DNA of 32,000 bases from Alkanindiges sp. WGS2144 (GTDB taxonomy: Bacteria > Pseudomonadota > Gammaproteobacteria > Pseudomonadales > Moraxellaceae): assembly GCF_043950625.1 (NCBI RefSeq), contig NZ_CP171007.1. One strand, 5' to 3'. Shown one piece after another: positions 31,549 to 32,000 of the stretch. The notes beneath the pieces are model-generated. The model was given only the letters and a program-made list of their open reading frames with translations, was not told the origin of the DNA and searched no databases. The stretch's first letter is position 1. Each line of letters begins with the position of its first letter. A program made the translations under genes and the position numbers.

Positions 31549-32000
31549 TTACAGGCCTAAACGCTTGGCTAACTCATTGGCAGACATATATCCACCCAGA
31601 TATTTGCCATCAACACCATAGATGGCCGGTGTTCCATTAACACCAATTTGCTGGCCTAACCGGAACTGCTCTGCCACTGGGTTTTTGCATTGTGGGGCAT
31701 TGACTGGCAGGCCTTTAATGGCGGTATCAAACGCGGCATTGCGGTCTTCGCTACACCAGATGGAAGTCATCAAAGGCATAAACTGCTCGCCACGTGGCCA
31801 GGCCAGGTAACGTACTTCAATCCCTTTGGCATTAATAGCGGACATTTCCTCGTGCAGTTTGTGGCAGTATGGACAGCTGGCATCGGTAAACACATAGACA
31901 ACCGCACGGCTATTGCCGCTTGGTTTATAAATAATGGTGTCTTTAAGCTTAATGCCTGCCAGCAGATTTTTGGTATCACTGGCCTGTAGTTCTTCACTAA
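31549..32000 (-). CDS. dsbC: Thiol:disulfide interchange protein DsbC, C-terminal thioredoxin domain; the 5' part lies beyond the window end
   Basis: The reverse frame is open to nt 32000 (…SEELQASDTKNLLAGIKLKDTIIYKPSGNSRAVVYVFTDASCPYCHKLHEEM…). It has a CPYC active site, AWPRGE, IWCSEDRNAAFD and GVNGTPAIY, colinear with E. coli DsbC. The track shows only the part from an internal GTG. Confidence 0.88.
   Translation of the reverse strand, partial: SEELQASDTKNLLAGIKLKDTIIYKPSGNSRAVVYVFTDASCPYCHKLHEEMSAINAKGIEVRYLAWPRGEQFMPLMTSIWCSEDRNAAFDTAIKGLPVNAPQCKNPVAEQFRLGQQIGVNGTPAIYGVDGKYLGGYMSANELAKRLGL

Overview
This is a chromosomal window from a gammaproteobacterium, probably Moraxellaceae. The 16S signature blocks look Acinetobacter-like, and the order gpmI-ctp / pilR-pilS-gacA / pbpG / thrC-hom-dsbC matches what I recall from Acinetobacter; neither point is verified. 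Contents, left to right: the 5' part of recG (-); a tandem pair of paralogous secreted solute-binding-like proteins; a YgiW/BOF OB-fold protein; an amidase; a membrane GGDEF cyclase; a zinc-ribbon metallopeptidase-like protein; and one complete rrn operon (two promoters, 16S, tRNA-Ile-GAU, tRNA-Ala-UGC, 23S, 5S, two successive terminators). Next comes a roughly 6 kb accessory-looking stretch holding a frameshifted repeat-domain lipoprotein, a LysR regulator, a family-IV esterase, a DUF2147-like protein and an AraC regulator divergent from a di-iron hydroxylase. The window ends in core genes: gpmI, an S41 protease, pilR, pilS, gacA, pbpG, thrC, hom and partial dsbC. I saw no CRISPR array, transposase, integrase, phage gene or recognisable defence gene, and I do not see a convincing new multi-gene system. 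The best leads are: (1) a lipoprotein gene just downstream of the rrn operon, built from an uncharacterised ~135-aa repeated module and broken by two frameshifts, one caused by a visible 5-bp tandem duplication; (2) an old, strongly constrained tandem duplication of orphan SBP-like genes; (3) a 16-nt duplication of the 5S 3' end bracketing a ~190-bp hairpin-rich segment; (4) helically phased TGGTCA repeats in the AraC/hydroxylase divergent promoter. All functional calls rest on motif recognition by eye, with no database search.
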